A stretch of 64,000 nt of DNA from Alphaproteobacteria bacterium (lineage in GTDB: Bacteria; Pseudomonadota; Alphaproteobacteria; SP197): NCBI GenBank assembly GCA_965228895.1, contig OZ245842.1, forward strand, positions 1,568,001 to 1,632,000. The letters run 5' to 3'. Shown piece after piece: positions 47,905 through 57,139 of this stretch (positions are counted from its first letter, which is position 1; every line of letters begins with the position of its first letter). The position numbers and the translations under genes are program-made. The notes under the pieces were generated by a model that ran no database searches, was not told where the DNA came from, and saw only the letters and a list, made by a program, of their open reading frames with translations.

Positions 47905-49281
47905 CTACGCCGTCGTCAGTCCGCGTCTCAAGTGATTCAGCAAATCGATGCGCGTTATAACGCCCAGGAACGCATCGTTGTCATCGACCACGATCGCCGT
48001 GAGGTCGCGGCGGAAGATCGGCATCAAACTCTTGATTCCCGCCTTAACCGAAATGGTCTCGATCTCCGCAGTCATGGCCGACGCGACGGTGTCGGTAAAC
48101 GTCTCGTGGTCGTGATGCACGGCCCACAGAATGTCGGACTCATCGATGATGCCGACCGGCGTGTCACCTTCCAGCACTGGTACTTGGCTGATGTCATAAA
48201 GCTTCATGCGTGCCAGTGCGGTTGCCAGCGTGTCGTCCGGTTTGACCGTGATGGCGGCGCGTTCGGAATAGAGCCGGGCGATGACATCGCGCAAATCGCC
48301 AAAGGTCTCACGTTCGATGAAACCCTGATCGATCATCCAATAGTCGTTATAGACCTTGGAGAGATACTTGTTGCCGCTGTCGCACACGAAACTCACCACG
48401 TTCTTCGGCGTTTTCTGGGCGCGGCAGTAGGCAAGCGCGCCGGCGATCAAGGTGCCGGATGAGGAGCCGGCCAGCAGCCCTTCGTTCTTCAGCAACTCGC
48501 GCGCGGTCAAGAACGCGTCCTTGTCGGAGACGGTCACGGCGGTGGTCGCGAGCGACAGGTCGCTGACCGGCGGAATAAAATCCTCGCCGATGCCTTCGAC
48601 CAGCCAGGAGCCCAGTTCGCCCATCTCGCCGGTGTTGACGTAGTCGGCGAGCACCGACCCTTCGGGATCGGCCAGCACCATTTCCAGATGCGGCGCGACG
48701 CGCTTAAAGAAACGCCCGAGGCCGGTGATCGTCCCGCCCGAACCGACGCCGCACACGACCGCGTCGACCTGGTGGTTCATCTGCGCCCAGATCTCCGGGC
48801 CGGTGCTCGACTCGTGCGCCAGAGGATTGGCGGGGTTGCCGAACTGATTGACGAAAAAACTGTTGTCGATCTCCTTGGCAAGCCGTTCGGCCGTGTCCTG
48901 GTAGTATTCGGGATGGCCCTTGCCGACGTCGGAACGAGTCAGACGTACCTCCGCGCCCATGGCCTGCAGGTTGAAGATCTTCTCCTGGCTCATCTTGTCG
49001 GGGATGACCAGGATCAGCTTGTAGCCCTTCTGCCGCGCGACCAGCGCCAGTCCCAGCCCGGTATTGCCGGCGGTCGCCTCGATCAGCGTGCCGCCCGGCT
49101 TTATGCTGCCGTCGTTTTCGGCGGCCTCGATCATCGAGAGCCCGATGCGGTCCTTGATCGACCCTCCGGGATTCTGGTTCTCAAGCTTCAGGAACAGCCG
49201 GCATTTGCCGGTATCGAATTTGGTGACCTCGATCATCGGCGTGTTGCCGATCATATCGAGCACATTGCTGTTGACGACCAT
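47905..49281 (-). CDS. Cystathionine beta-synthase with C-terminal CBS domains
   Basis: IGNTP, NPGGSIKDR, EATAGNTG, GVGSGGT, EGIGEDF; C-terminal CBS pair. Confidence 0.93.
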   Translation of the reverse strand: MVVNSNVLDMIGNTPMIEVTKFDTGKCRLFLKLENQNPGGSIKDRIGLSMIEAAENDGSIKPGGTLIEATAGNTGLGLALVARQKGYKLILVIPDKMSQEKIFNLQAMGAEVRLTRSDVGKGHPEYYQDTAERLAKEIDNSFFVNQFGNPANPLAHESSTGPEIWAQMNHQVDAVVCGVGSGGTITGLGRFFKRVAPHLEMVLADPEGSVLADYVNTGEMGELGSWLVEGIGEDFIPPVSDLSLATTAVTVSDKDAFLTARELLKNEGLLAGSSSGTLIAGALAYCRAQKTPKNVVSFVCDSGNKYLSKVYNDYWMIDQGFIERETFGDLRDVIARLYSERAAITVKPDDTLATALARMKLYDISQVPVLEGDTPVGIIDESDILWAVHHDHETFTDTVASAMTAEIETISVKAGIKSLMPIFRRDLTAIVVDDNDAFLGVITRIDLLNHLRRGLTTA

Positions 49282-49367
49282 CGTCACTCCCGGCGGCGAA
49301 GTTGTGGCGAAGAAGGATCTAGAATAAGTGATCGCAAGGCATTGAAAACCATGAAGGTGCCGAAGGC

Positions 49368-49781
49368 ATGGCAAATCCGGAAAATTTCCGGGCCTACGGC
49401 GTGCTGCTGCGCGATGCCAAGGTCTTGATTGCCGCCGAATTCATCGGCGATGCCTTCGCCTGGAAGTTTCCTGGCGGTGGTGTTCTGCACCATGAAGATG
49501 CCGAGCAGGCCCTGAAGCGCGAATTCGTCGAGGAGACGGGGCTCGACGTTACGGTCGAGCGCGAACTTCACGATCCCGGCACACTTATCAGTCCTTTGAT
49601 CAAGCGGCCGTATTCCCCGGTCTACTTTCTGGTGTCGGCAAGCGGGGATCCGCTCGTACCGAGCCACGAGACTGTCGAGATATCGTTTATGGACCCGGCC
49701 GCTGTCCTTGCCAGCAACCTCGTGCCGTCGCCGGAAAAGGTTGCGCTGAGCCTCGCGCTGTCGTTGAAGGCCGAGACCTAG
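49368..49781 (+). CDS. NUDIX hydrolase
   Basis: FPGGG....EDAEQALKREFVEETG Nudix box. Confidence 0.9.
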   Translation: MANPENFRAYGVLLRDAKVLIAAEFIGDAFAWKFPGGGVLHHEDAEQALKREFVEETGLDVTVERELHDPGTLISPLIKRPYSPVYFLVSASGDPLVPSHETVEISFMDPAAVLASNLVPSPEKVALSLALSLKAET

Positions 49782-50848
49782 TCGACGGGATCCGGCGCGT
49801 CCCAGTCCAGCTCCGGATTGGGCACCGTGCCGCGTTGGGCGACGCGGTATTCATAGACGTCGGTGATCATCTTTTCCGTCCACCAGCCCGACCGGGTCGG
49901 CGGGTACTTCGGCGGATTGTCGGGACCCTGGAACTGGGGCAGGCAGCGCACGACCGTCCGGTGGTTGGCGGCGAAAAAGAGCGGGAACGACATGCGCTCC
50001 TTGCCTGACGTGTTGATCACCCGGTGTGGCGTCGAGACAAACTCGTCATTGGTCCAGCGCATCAACATGTCGCCGACATTGACGATGATGGTGCCAGGGA
50101 TGGGCGTCGCCTCGATCCAGTCGCCGTCGCGGTTGCCGACCTGGAGTCCGCCGCTGTCGTCCTGCAGGAGCAGCGTAAAACACTCGTAGTCCGTGTGGGC
50201 GCCGATACCGATCCGGTCGGGATCGATCTCACCTTCCTGGGGTGGGTAATAGAGCAGCCGGAGCTGGCTCATGGACTTGTCGACGTGGGGATCGAACCAA
50301 CCCGGGGGCAAACCGAGTGTCATTTCGAAGGCGTTGAAGAGCTTGAAGCCAAGGTCCATGACGGCCTCGAAGTAGCCGTAAACGCCGTCTTGAAAACCGG
50401 GCAGGTTGTCGGGCCAGACATTGGGTCCATACATGATGCTGCCCGCCAGATAGTCCGGATCGTCGGCCGGCAGCTCCGTGGAAAGCTCAAAACCCTCCTG
50501 TACGTCCGGCTTAGCGTTGGGGCCGGCGTAGAGGTCGCCGAAGGGGATGAAACCACGGTGACGCCCGATCTTCTTGGCGTCTAATTCCATTTTTTTATCA
50601 AAAGGTTGTCGGAAAAACCTCTTAGTTTGATTTAGGAGTTCGTCAGTGACGTGCTGAGGGATCCCGTGGCCCTTGATGTAGAAAAATCCGATCTGCCGGC
50701 AGGCCTCGCCGATCTGCTCGGCGACCTCTTGTTTCTGCTCGTCGGTACCGTTGAGAAACAGGCTGAAATCGATCACCGGGATCGCATCGAAGTCGAGGCG
50801 CTTCGCGGCGATGGTGTCAATCTTCGTCATTGCGGACGTGGCGGCCAT
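49778..50848 (-). CDS. Isopenicillin N synthase-like 2OG-Fe(II) oxygenase
   Basis: IPVIDF, GFFYIKGHG, LRLLYYP, GAHTDY, NVGDML.RWTN, STPHRV, RMS. Confidence 0.92.
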   Translation of the reverse strand: MAATSAMTKIDTIAAKRLDFDAIPVIDFSLFLNGTDEQKQEVAEQIGEACRQIGFFYIKGHGIPQHVTDELLNQTKRFFRQPFDKKMELDAKKIGRHRGFIPFGDLYAGPNAKPDVQEGFELSTELPADDPDYLAGSIMYGPNVWPDNLPGFQDGVYGYFEAVMDLGFKLFNAFEMTLGLPPGWFDPHVDKSMSQLRLLYYPPQEGEIDPDRIGIGAHTDYECFTLLLQDDSGGLQVGNRDGDWIEATPIPGTIIVNVGDMLMRWTNDEFVSTPHRVINTSGKERMSFPLFFAANHRTVVRCLPQFQGPDNPPKYPPTRSGWWTEKMITDVYEYRVAQRGTVPNPELDWDAPDPVD

Positions 50849-50923
50849 AAATGCGGTCTCCTGAACAGCCGTTCAATAATGCCAAACTTCAGCGGTTGTC
50901 AGCAAGACACGCACCGGCTGTGC

Positions 50924-51661
50924 TCACAGCATCAGCAGACCACCACTGGCGATGACCGTCTCGCCGACCACGTAACGGTTGCGCGGTGAGGCCAGGAACA
51001 GGACGACCTCGCCGATATCCGCTGGCTCGGCGGCGTAACCGACGGGAATTTCGGGCAGGCGCTTGGCGAGCCAATCCTGGCTCTTGGCCCGTTCGGTCGC
51101 GACCGCGCCGGGACTGACACCGTTGACCAGCACGCCGTCGGGCGCGAAGTCCTTGGCGAAGGTCTTGACCAGGCTGGCCGCTGCCGCCTTTGAGGCGGCA
51201 TAATGGGGCAGGGTCGGCTTGGCCGTATAGGCATCGACGGTCACGATGCAGACGACCCGGCCATAACCCGCCTGGCGCATCGGCTTGCCGAAGGCGCGCG
51301 TCATCAGGAAGACGCTCTTGGCGTTCACGTCAAACACGCGGTCCCACGACTCGACCGTCATCTCGTCGAAGGTTTCCTGCGGGTAGATGCCAGCGTTGTT
51401 GATCAGGATGTCGACACGCCGGCAGTCGTTGAGCACCGCGTCCCGGGCCGCGTTGACGGCAGTTTCGTCCGTGACATCCGCCGCGATGGCGAGCGCGCCG
51501 TTGCCGATGTCCCTGGCTTCCGCTTCGGCGGCGTCGTGGTCGATATCGACCAAGCAGACCCTGGCGCCGCGTTCACCGAGCAGCCGGGCGATCGCGTTCC
51601 CGATGCCCGCGGCCGCACCCGTTACCACCGCGACCTGACCGTCAAACTCGTTTGTCGTCAT
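50924..51661 (-). CDS. Short-chain dehydrogenase/reductase
   Basis: TGAAAGIG, NNAG, YAASK, VNGVSPG. Confidence 0.92.
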   Translation of the reverse strand: MTTNEFDGQVAVVTGAAAGIGNAIARLLGERGARVCLVDIDHDAAEAEARDIGNGALAIAADVTDETAVNAARDAVLNDCRRVDILINNAGIYPQETFDEMTVESWDRVFDVNAKSVFLMTRAFGKPMRQAGYGRVVCIVTVDAYTAKPTLPHYAASKAAAASLVKTFAKDFAPDGVLVNGVSPGAVATERAKSQDWLAKRLPEIPVGYAAEPADIGEVVLFLASPRNRYVVGETVIASGGLLML

Positions 51662-51670
51662 GGCGTCCCC

Positions 51671-52408
51671 CTAAGTTGCCGATCGAGCCTGATCGATGCC
51701 GAGGTATTCCGCAATCTCCGGCGTCGGGGGATGGTCGAGGATATCGGCGGTCGGACCGGCCGCGACGACATGCCCGTCGTCGACGAAGGCCGTGGTCCCG
51801 GCAATGCGTCGGGCGTCCTCGGGGTCGTGGCTCACCATCAGGACCGTGGTTTTGGTCTCGTGCCGCAACGCGTCGACCAGATCCAGCATGGCGCGGCGCA
51901 TGGCCGGGCCCAGGGCAGCGAACGGCTCGTCGAGCAACAGCAGGGGCCGGCGCATGACCAGGCTGCGCGCCAGCGCGACCCGTTGGCGCTCACCGCCGGA
52001 GAGCTGGCGCGGCAGGCGTGCACCCAACTCGCCGATGCCGACCCGCGCCAGCGCTGCCTTGATCGCCGTGTGATCGTCCGGCGAGAGCTTCAGGCCCGGA
52101 TCGATGCCCAGCCCGACATTCTGTGCCGCCGTCAAATGGGGGAAGAGGTTGTGTTCCTGGAACAGCATGGTGACCGGGCGCCGGTCCGGCGGCAGAGCGG
52201 TGATGTCGGTGCCGTCGACCATGATCGTGCCGCCGGTCGCCTGATCGAAGCCGGCGATCAGCGATAGCAACGTCGTTTTGCCCGCGCCGCTGGTGCCGAT
52301 GATAGCCATGATGCCGGCGCGTTCGAGACTGAGGTCGAAGCGCATGGATTGGCCATCATAGGCGAAGGTGAGATCGCGAATATCAAGCAGAGGCGCGGCC
52401 ACCGACAA
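51671..52408 (-). CDS. thiQ: Thiamine ABC transporter ATP-binding subunit
   Basis: GTSGAGKT, MLFQEHNLFPHL, LSGGERQR, LLDEPFAALGP. Confidence 0.92.
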   Translation of the reverse strand: MSVAAPLLDIRDLTFAYDGQSMRFDLSLERAGIMAIIGTSGAGKTTLLSLIAGFDQATGGTIMVDGTDITALPPDRRPVTMLFQEHNLFPHLTAAQNVGLGIDPGLKLSPDDHTAIKAALARVGIGELGARLPRQLSGGERQRVALARSLVMRRPLLLLDEPFAALGPAMRRAMLDLVDALRHETKTTVLMVSHDPEDARRIAGTTAFVDDGHVVAAGPTADILDHPPTPEIAEYLGIDQARSAT

Positions 52409-53984
52409 TCCTTTCGATCAGGAGAAAAACGCCGAGACAGACGATCGCGAGCAGGAGTGCGATCACCGCCGCCTGGTCCATGCGATACGCCGCCATGCTG
52501 CGGTAAAGCATCAGCGACAGCGTCTCGGTGTCGCGCGAACCGAACAGTGCGATGGCAGTGAGGTCGCCCAACGACAGCGCACCGGCAATCGCCAAACCCA
52601 GCGCGGCGGGACGGCGAATGGCCGGCCATTCGACCAGGCGCAAACGATTGGCGCCTTTGATGCCGAGGCTGGCGCACAGGCGGTCGTGGTCCTCCGACAC
52701 GCGATAGAAACGCGGTCCCACGGTCCGCAGTACATAGGGCACGAAGATCACACCATTGACGATGATGACGAGCCAGAGCGCCAGACCGAGAACGTCGGTA
52801 AACGGCAACAGCAGGACAAACAACCCGGCCCCCAGCACGGTGGGCGAAACCACCAGGTTGAGCGAACCCAGGAGCTCAAGTCGGGCGGCCAGTCGGGGGC
52901 GCCAGCGCCGGTACTTAAGATCACGTGTGGTGACCAGCAGCGCGGTGCCGAGCAGCAGCGCCAGCAGGCCGCCGCCAAGACCGACGAACAGGCTGCGTGC
53001 CGTTGCGCGCCATATCGATGCCGATTGCAGGACGTCCGTCACGGGCCCTGTCAGTCCTGCGACGACGACGGCAATAAGTGGCGCCACAACGAAAATCGCC
53101 GCCAAGGCGAGCAGAACGATATCGATGGCGCGAGCGCCGAGGTGATGCCGGTCAGGCCGTGCGACATCTCGGGCGAGTGTGGCGCCACCTTCGGCCGTGC
53201 GTGCGAGTGTCAGAAGCGCGGTCGCCAGAAAGGCGCACAACACGACCTGCAGGATGGCCAGAACGACGGCGCGTGGGATGTCAAAATCCAGACGCAAGGA
53301 CTGGTAGATCGCAACTTCCAAGGTTGCGTTTTGCGGACCGCCGCCAAGGGTCAGCACGACGGCGAAGCTGGTGAAGCACAGCAGGAAGACTAGGACGGCG
53401 ACACCCGGCAAGACTTCGCGCAGGCGCGGCCATTCGATCAGGCGAAAGATCTGCCAGCCCGACATGCCGAACTGGCTCGCCAGGCGCCAGGATTCGCCGG
53501 GGATGGCTTGCCACGCGAGCAGCAGCAGACGCACCGATAGCGGCAGATTGAAGAAGACATGGGCGATCAGAATTCCACCCAGGCCGTAGAGGATCTGCTG
53601 GCGCGGCAGGCCGGTCCACGCGACCGCGTCGTTGACGACACCGTTTTGCCCATAGATTGCGGCCAAGCCGAACACCGCGACGATGACCGGCATGACAAGC
53701 GGCAGGCCGAACAAGCCGAGCAGCACCTGGCGACCGGGAAAGTGTGGCCGCCGCGCCATGGCGCGCGCGACCGGGATCGCCAGGCCGACCGACAGCAATG
53801 TCGACAAGGTCGCTTGCAACAACGTAAAGCGCAAAACCCGCCAGACGTAACTGTCGATGCCGGTCGACATGCCGCTGCCCGACGGTGCGGCATGCAGCAG
53901 CGCCGCGAGTGCAACCACCGCCAAACCCAGGCTGGCGCAAAGCGCCAGTGCGCCCGGCCACAGGTTGGCGCGCAGAAGGGTCAT
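52383..53984 (-). CDS. thiP: Thiamine ABC transporter permease
   Basis: FTLLQATLST, AHVFFNLP, LCFTSFAVVLTLGGGP, TLEVAIYQ. Confidence 0.93.
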   Translation of the reverse strand: MTLLRANLWPGALALCASLGLAVVALAALLHAAPSGSGMSTGIDSYVWRVLRFTLLQATLSTLLSVGLAIPVARAMARRPHFPGRQVLLGLFGLPLVMPVIVAVFGLAAIYGQNGVVNDAVAWTGLPRQQILYGLGGILIAHVFFNLPLSVRLLLLAWQAIPGESWRLASQFGMSGWQIFRLIEWPRLREVLPGVAVLVFLLCFTSFAVVLTLGGGPQNATLEVAIYQSLRLDFDIPRAVVLAILQVVLCAFLATALLTLARTAEGGATLARDVARPDRHHLGARAIDIVLLALAAIFVVAPLIAVVVAGLTGPVTDVLQSASIWRATARSLFVGLGGGLLALLLGTALLVTTRDLKYRRWRPRLAARLELLGSLNLVVSPTVLGAGLFVLLLPFTDVLGLALWLVIIVNGVIFVPYVLRTVGPRFYRVSEDHDRLCASLGIKGANRLRLVEWPAIRRPAALGLAIAGALSLGDLTAIALFGSRDTETLSLMLYRSMAAYRMDQAAVIALLLAIVCLGVFLLIERIVGGRASA

Positions 53985-53988
53985 GGCA

Positions 53989-54999
53989 TCATTGCGCGAT
54001 GGCGTTGAGCCATTCGTCGATCCAGGCTGTCCGATTCGCCGCGACCTCGTCAGGGTCGACCAGCAACACCGTGTCGGGAGGGGGCAGTTCATCAAACTCC
54101 GGCGGCAGGGCGCCACCCAGATCGGTGACCGGATACATCCAGTTGCCGGTCGGGATCACAGTCTGAAATCCGTCGGTCGTGATGAAGTTAAGGAACTGTC
54201 TGGCGAGCTCTTCGTCATCCGTGTTCGCGGTCATGGCGGCGACCTCGACCTGGATGTAGTGACCTTCCGGGAACATCGCCGCGCCGTAGCGCTCTGTCTC
54301 CTCGACGATCTGGTGGTAGGCGGGCGAGGTCGAATAGCTCAGCACCATCGGCGCTTCGCCTTCCAGGAACAGGTTGTAGGCTTCGCCCCAACCCTTGGTG
54401 ACCGTCAGGATGCGCCCGGAAAGCGACTCCCACGCGCCCGGCGCGTCATCGCCATAGACCGTCTTGACCCACAGCAGCAGGCCCAGACCAGGTGTGCTGG
54501 TGCGCGGATCCTGGATGATGATCTTGGGGCCATCGGGATTGTCGACCAGATCAGCCAGGCTCGACGGCGGTTCGGGCAAGACGTCGCTGTCGTAGACAAA
54601 GGCGAAATAGCCGTAGTCGAAGGGCACGAAGGTGGCGTCGTCCCAGGCCAACGGCAGGTCCAGACGCGACAGGTCGGCGCCGTGCGGCGCAAGCCATCCC
54701 GTTGCTTGCGCCTCGGCCATCAGGTTGGTGTCGAGGCCGAGAATGATATCGGCGTTCGTCGCGTCGCCTTCCAGGCGTAACCGGCTCAACAACAGGCCGG
54801 CATCGTCGACGCCGACCCAGTCGATGGTGCAGGCGCATTCGGCCTCGAACGCCTCGGTGATGCCGGGCCCCGGACCCCACTCGCTGATAAACGAGTCATA
54901 GGTGTAGATCGTCAGGGTTCGGTCTTGCGCGTGCGCGCTGAGCGCACCCGCCATAAAGATCGACCCGGCCGTCAGCAAAAGCCTGAATAAAAAACGCAT
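53989..54999 (-). CDS. thiB: Thiamine ABC transporter substrate-binding protein
   Basis: YTYDSFISEWGPGP, DPRTSTPG, LSYSTSPAYH, TGNWMYP. Confidence 0.95.
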   Translation of the reverse strand: MRFLFRLLLTAGSIFMAGALSAHAQDRTLTIYTYDSFISEWGPGPGITEAFEAECACTIDWVGVDDAGLLLSRLRLEGDATNADIILGLDTNLMAEAQATGWLAPHGADLSRLDLPLAWDDATFVPFDYGYFAFVYDSDVLPEPPSSLADLVDNPDGPKIIIQDPRTSTPGLGLLLWVKTVYGDDAPGAWESLSGRILTVTKGWGEAYNLFLEGEAPMVLSYSTSPAYHQIVEETERYGAAMFPEGHYIQVEVAAMTANTDDEELARQFLNFITTDGFQTVIPTGNWMYPVTDLGGALPPEFDELPPPDTVLLVDPDEVAANRTAWIDEWLNAIAQ

Positions 55000-55003
55000 C
55001 GCA

Positions 55004-55031
55004 ACCCTTCCTTCATCTGGTTTCGGAAGGG
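55004..55031 (-). promoter_or_regulatory. RBS-sequestering hairpin (riboswitch expression platform)
   Basis: Minus strand CCCTTCC...GGAAGGG covers the thiB Shine-Dalgarno sequence. Confidence 0.65.
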
Positions 55032-55057
55032 GCTCACGATTGACCGGTCTTGGATGT

Positions 55058-55152
55058 CATCGCCTCATTCCCTCCGCCGGCATAACCCGGATCAGGTTCA
55101 ACGGGTCGGTGCGACGGCACCTCTCAGCCCAAAAGGGCTCCCCGTGAGTGAT
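55058..55152 (-). ncRNA. TPP riboswitch
   Basis: Minus strand GGGGAGCC..GGCTGAGA..GACCCGTTGAACCTGATCCGGGTTATGCCGGCGGAGGGA, directly upstream of thiB. Confidence 0.97.
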
Positions 55153-55196
55153 GCGTTATGAGGTAGGCGCAGACGGACGCCTTGGCAAGTAGATTC

Positions 55197-55421
55197 TCAG
55201 GCCTTGTGGCGCAGGCGGAAGGAGTAGACGCCGTCTTCTTCCGACCAATCGATCAAGGTGTGTCCTGTCAGCTCGCAGAACGCACGAAAGTCCTCGACCG
55301 CGCTGGGATCGGTTGCCAGAACCTCGAGTTCGTCGCCGGGCTCAAGGGACTTCAGTTTCTTTTTCGCCTTCAAGACCGGCAGCGGGCAGGCGAGTCCTTT
55401 GACATCAAGAACGTGGCTCAT
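55197..55421 (-). CDS. tusA: TusA/SirA family sulfur carrier
   Basis: LDVKGLACPLPVLK, LATDP, DFRAFC. Confidence 0.9.
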   Translation of the reverse strand: MSHVLDVKGLACPLPVLKAKKKLKSLEPGDELEVLATDPSAVEDFRAFCELTGHTLIDWSEEDGVYSFRLRHKA

Positions 55422-55427
55422 GGGCGT

Positions 55428-55838
55428 CTACTTCGGCGCGCCAGGGCCGAGTGGCTGGCCATAGCTGAACTCGACCAGCGCGCCGTCGGGGTCGCGTACC
55501 CCGCAAAAGTAACCGACGGGGTAAGGTTCCTCGGTTGGCGCCCAAAAGAGGTTGCCCATGGCTTCGGCGTTCTTGGCGATGCGGTCGACCTCCTCGCGGC
55601 TGGCGCAGGCAAAACCCAGATGACTGAAATCCCGTTCGGCCTGATCGCTGGGTTCACCACCTGACATCATGACAAACACGAACTCTTTCTCGCGCCCCGC
55701 CTCGGCCATCCAGATCACGCGCTGACCATCATCGTTGCGCTCGTGCACGACCGACATGCCGCATAGGTTCTCGTAGAACGCTTGCATCGCATCGATGTCG
55801 CGGACGTGCAGGGCAATATGGGTTAAAACCGGTTTCAT
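55428..55838 (-). CDS. VOC/glyoxalase family protein
   Basis: THIALHVRD, HLGFA, RDPDG..VEFSYGQ; GGAGG RBS. Confidence 0.9.
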   Translation of the reverse strand: MKPVLTHIALHVRDIDAMQAFYENLCGMSVVHERNDDGQRVIWMAEAGREKEFVFVMMSGGEPSDQAERDFSHLGFACASREEVDRIAKNAEAMGNLFWAPTEEPYPVGYFCGVRDPDGALVEFSYGQPLGPGAPK

Positions 55839-56514
55839 GGCGAACCTCCGAGGCTTCATCTTGGCATGTTCTCTGGCGACGGCAACCGTCGCGGCGTATG
55901 CAGACGACGCTTGCGGTGAGGAAGGCTGTTACCGGGTCGCCTGGTTCGATTACGCCGGCACGATTTCGACAACGTCGGATGTCGCCGACTTGACGACAGC
56001 CAGCGAACTCTCCGCCGTTGAGGTCGAGGTCATTGCAACGTTGGTAGGGCGTCGGCAAAGTCTTCGTATTCGTGGTCTGGAGTTGCGCTATCTCGTCGGT
56101 AAGACGGCGACCTCGGAAGGGGAGGGATCGACCAAGATTGACGCAATCCGACACCAGATTGAGTCGATCGAAGAAGAGATCTGTTACATCGACGGTGATC
56201 TTGCTGAGCGGCTCGACGCTTACGGCCGGCGATCCGGTCCGTGGTTGGTCATGTTGGCCGGTGAGTCATGCATGAATGTCTGGTTCGTGCCGCTGCCTCC
56301 GTGTGACGCTCCGAAAGAAGCATCCCTTCAGTCAGACGATGGTCACGGGTGGCTGGGCGCAGGATCTGTAAACGCGACGCCGATTCCGGGCTTCGAACCA
56401 CCCGGTGTCTGCGCGCCGCTCCTGCTGGACTTCCACTGTGCTCGTCCTGTGGTTAACGACAGCGTGACCATCAACCTTGATGGTCAGGTCATGCCGTTCA
56501 CGTTCGGACAGTAA
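55837..56514 (+). CDS. Hypothetical exported protein
   Basis: 225-aa ORF with a signal-peptide-like N-terminus and several Cys; no RBS seen and no family recognised. Confidence 0.45.
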   Translation: MANLRGFILACSLATATVAAYADDACGEEGCYRVAWFDYAGTISTTSDVADLTTASELSAVEVEVIATLVGRRQSLRIRGLELRYLVGKTATSEGEGSTKIDAIRHQIESIEEEICYIDGDLAERLDAYGRRSGPWLVMLAGESCMNVWFVPLPPCDAPKEASLQSDDGHGWLGAGSVNATPIPGFEPPGVCAPLLLDFHCARPVVNDSVTINLDGQVMPFTFGQ

Positions 56515-56601
56515 GAACCGAACTGCTCGGACACATGCCCTGCCAAAGATCGATCGCACAGCCAACCGTTTCGCGCCGGCGTTCAAATCAAAGATAGGCG
56601 G

Positions 56602-56862
56602 TCAGTCGTGGCGCGAGCGGAAGGCAAGCCAGATGACCAGCAGGAACAGGCACCCCGCCGCCGCGACGGCGAGGTCACCGCTCGACGGATGGGACTCCGT
56701 GACGGCGAATGGCCCTGCCGACGAACCCGTCGCGCCCCCCAGCAGCAACGTGTCGGCCGACAGGGCCAAGAGGACGATGGCGGCGGTCAAAGCCACCATC
56801 AAAACGAGCGCTTTGGGCAGTCGTTTAACCGGCTGTGGTCGGCTCAGGTCCTGAAGTGCCAT
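56602..56862 (-). CDS. Small hypothetical protein with two TM segments
   Basis: Two hydrophobic segments; GAGA upstream of the ATG; follows the 56879..57139 gene. Confidence 0.55.
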   Translation of the reverse strand: MALQDLSRPQPVKRLPKALVLMVALTAAIVLLALSADTLLLGGATGSSAGPFAVTESHPSSGDLAVAAAGCLFLLVIWLAFRSRHD

Positions 56863-56878
56863 GGCCGGTGATGTCTCG

Positions 56879-57139
56879 TTAGGACAACTGGCGGAGAATG
56901 TGGAGATTAACCAGGAAGGAGTCGGAGGAAACACCGACATTGATGAACCGGTTCTCCACCCGTTTGATGTTCGGTTCGATCAGAAGGCCTGCCTTGATGG
57001 CCTCGTCCATGGCTTCCTGCAGGTTCTTCATCGCCTTGACGGCGGCCTGCGCGAGTTCCTGGTCCGACCGCTTTGTTGCGCGTGACCCGTCAAACTCCAG
57101 GACCTGGGACGAGGCGGGGTGGTGCTGTGTGTCCATCAT
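56879..57139 (-). CDS. Small hypothetical helical protein
   Basis: AAGGGG RBS; GC3-biased codons; amphipathic helix. Confidence 0.65.
   Translation of the reverse strand: MMDTQHHPASSQVLEFDGSRATKRSDQELAQAAVKAMKNLQEAMDEAIKAGLLIEPNIKRVENRFINVGVSSDSFLVNLHILRQLS

Noticed and set aside
50581-50640. AT-rich patch as a diversity-generating retroelement variable region
   Set aside because: No template repeat or reverse transcriptase in the window, and the patch is adenine-rich near the N-terminus rather than at a C-terminal variable site
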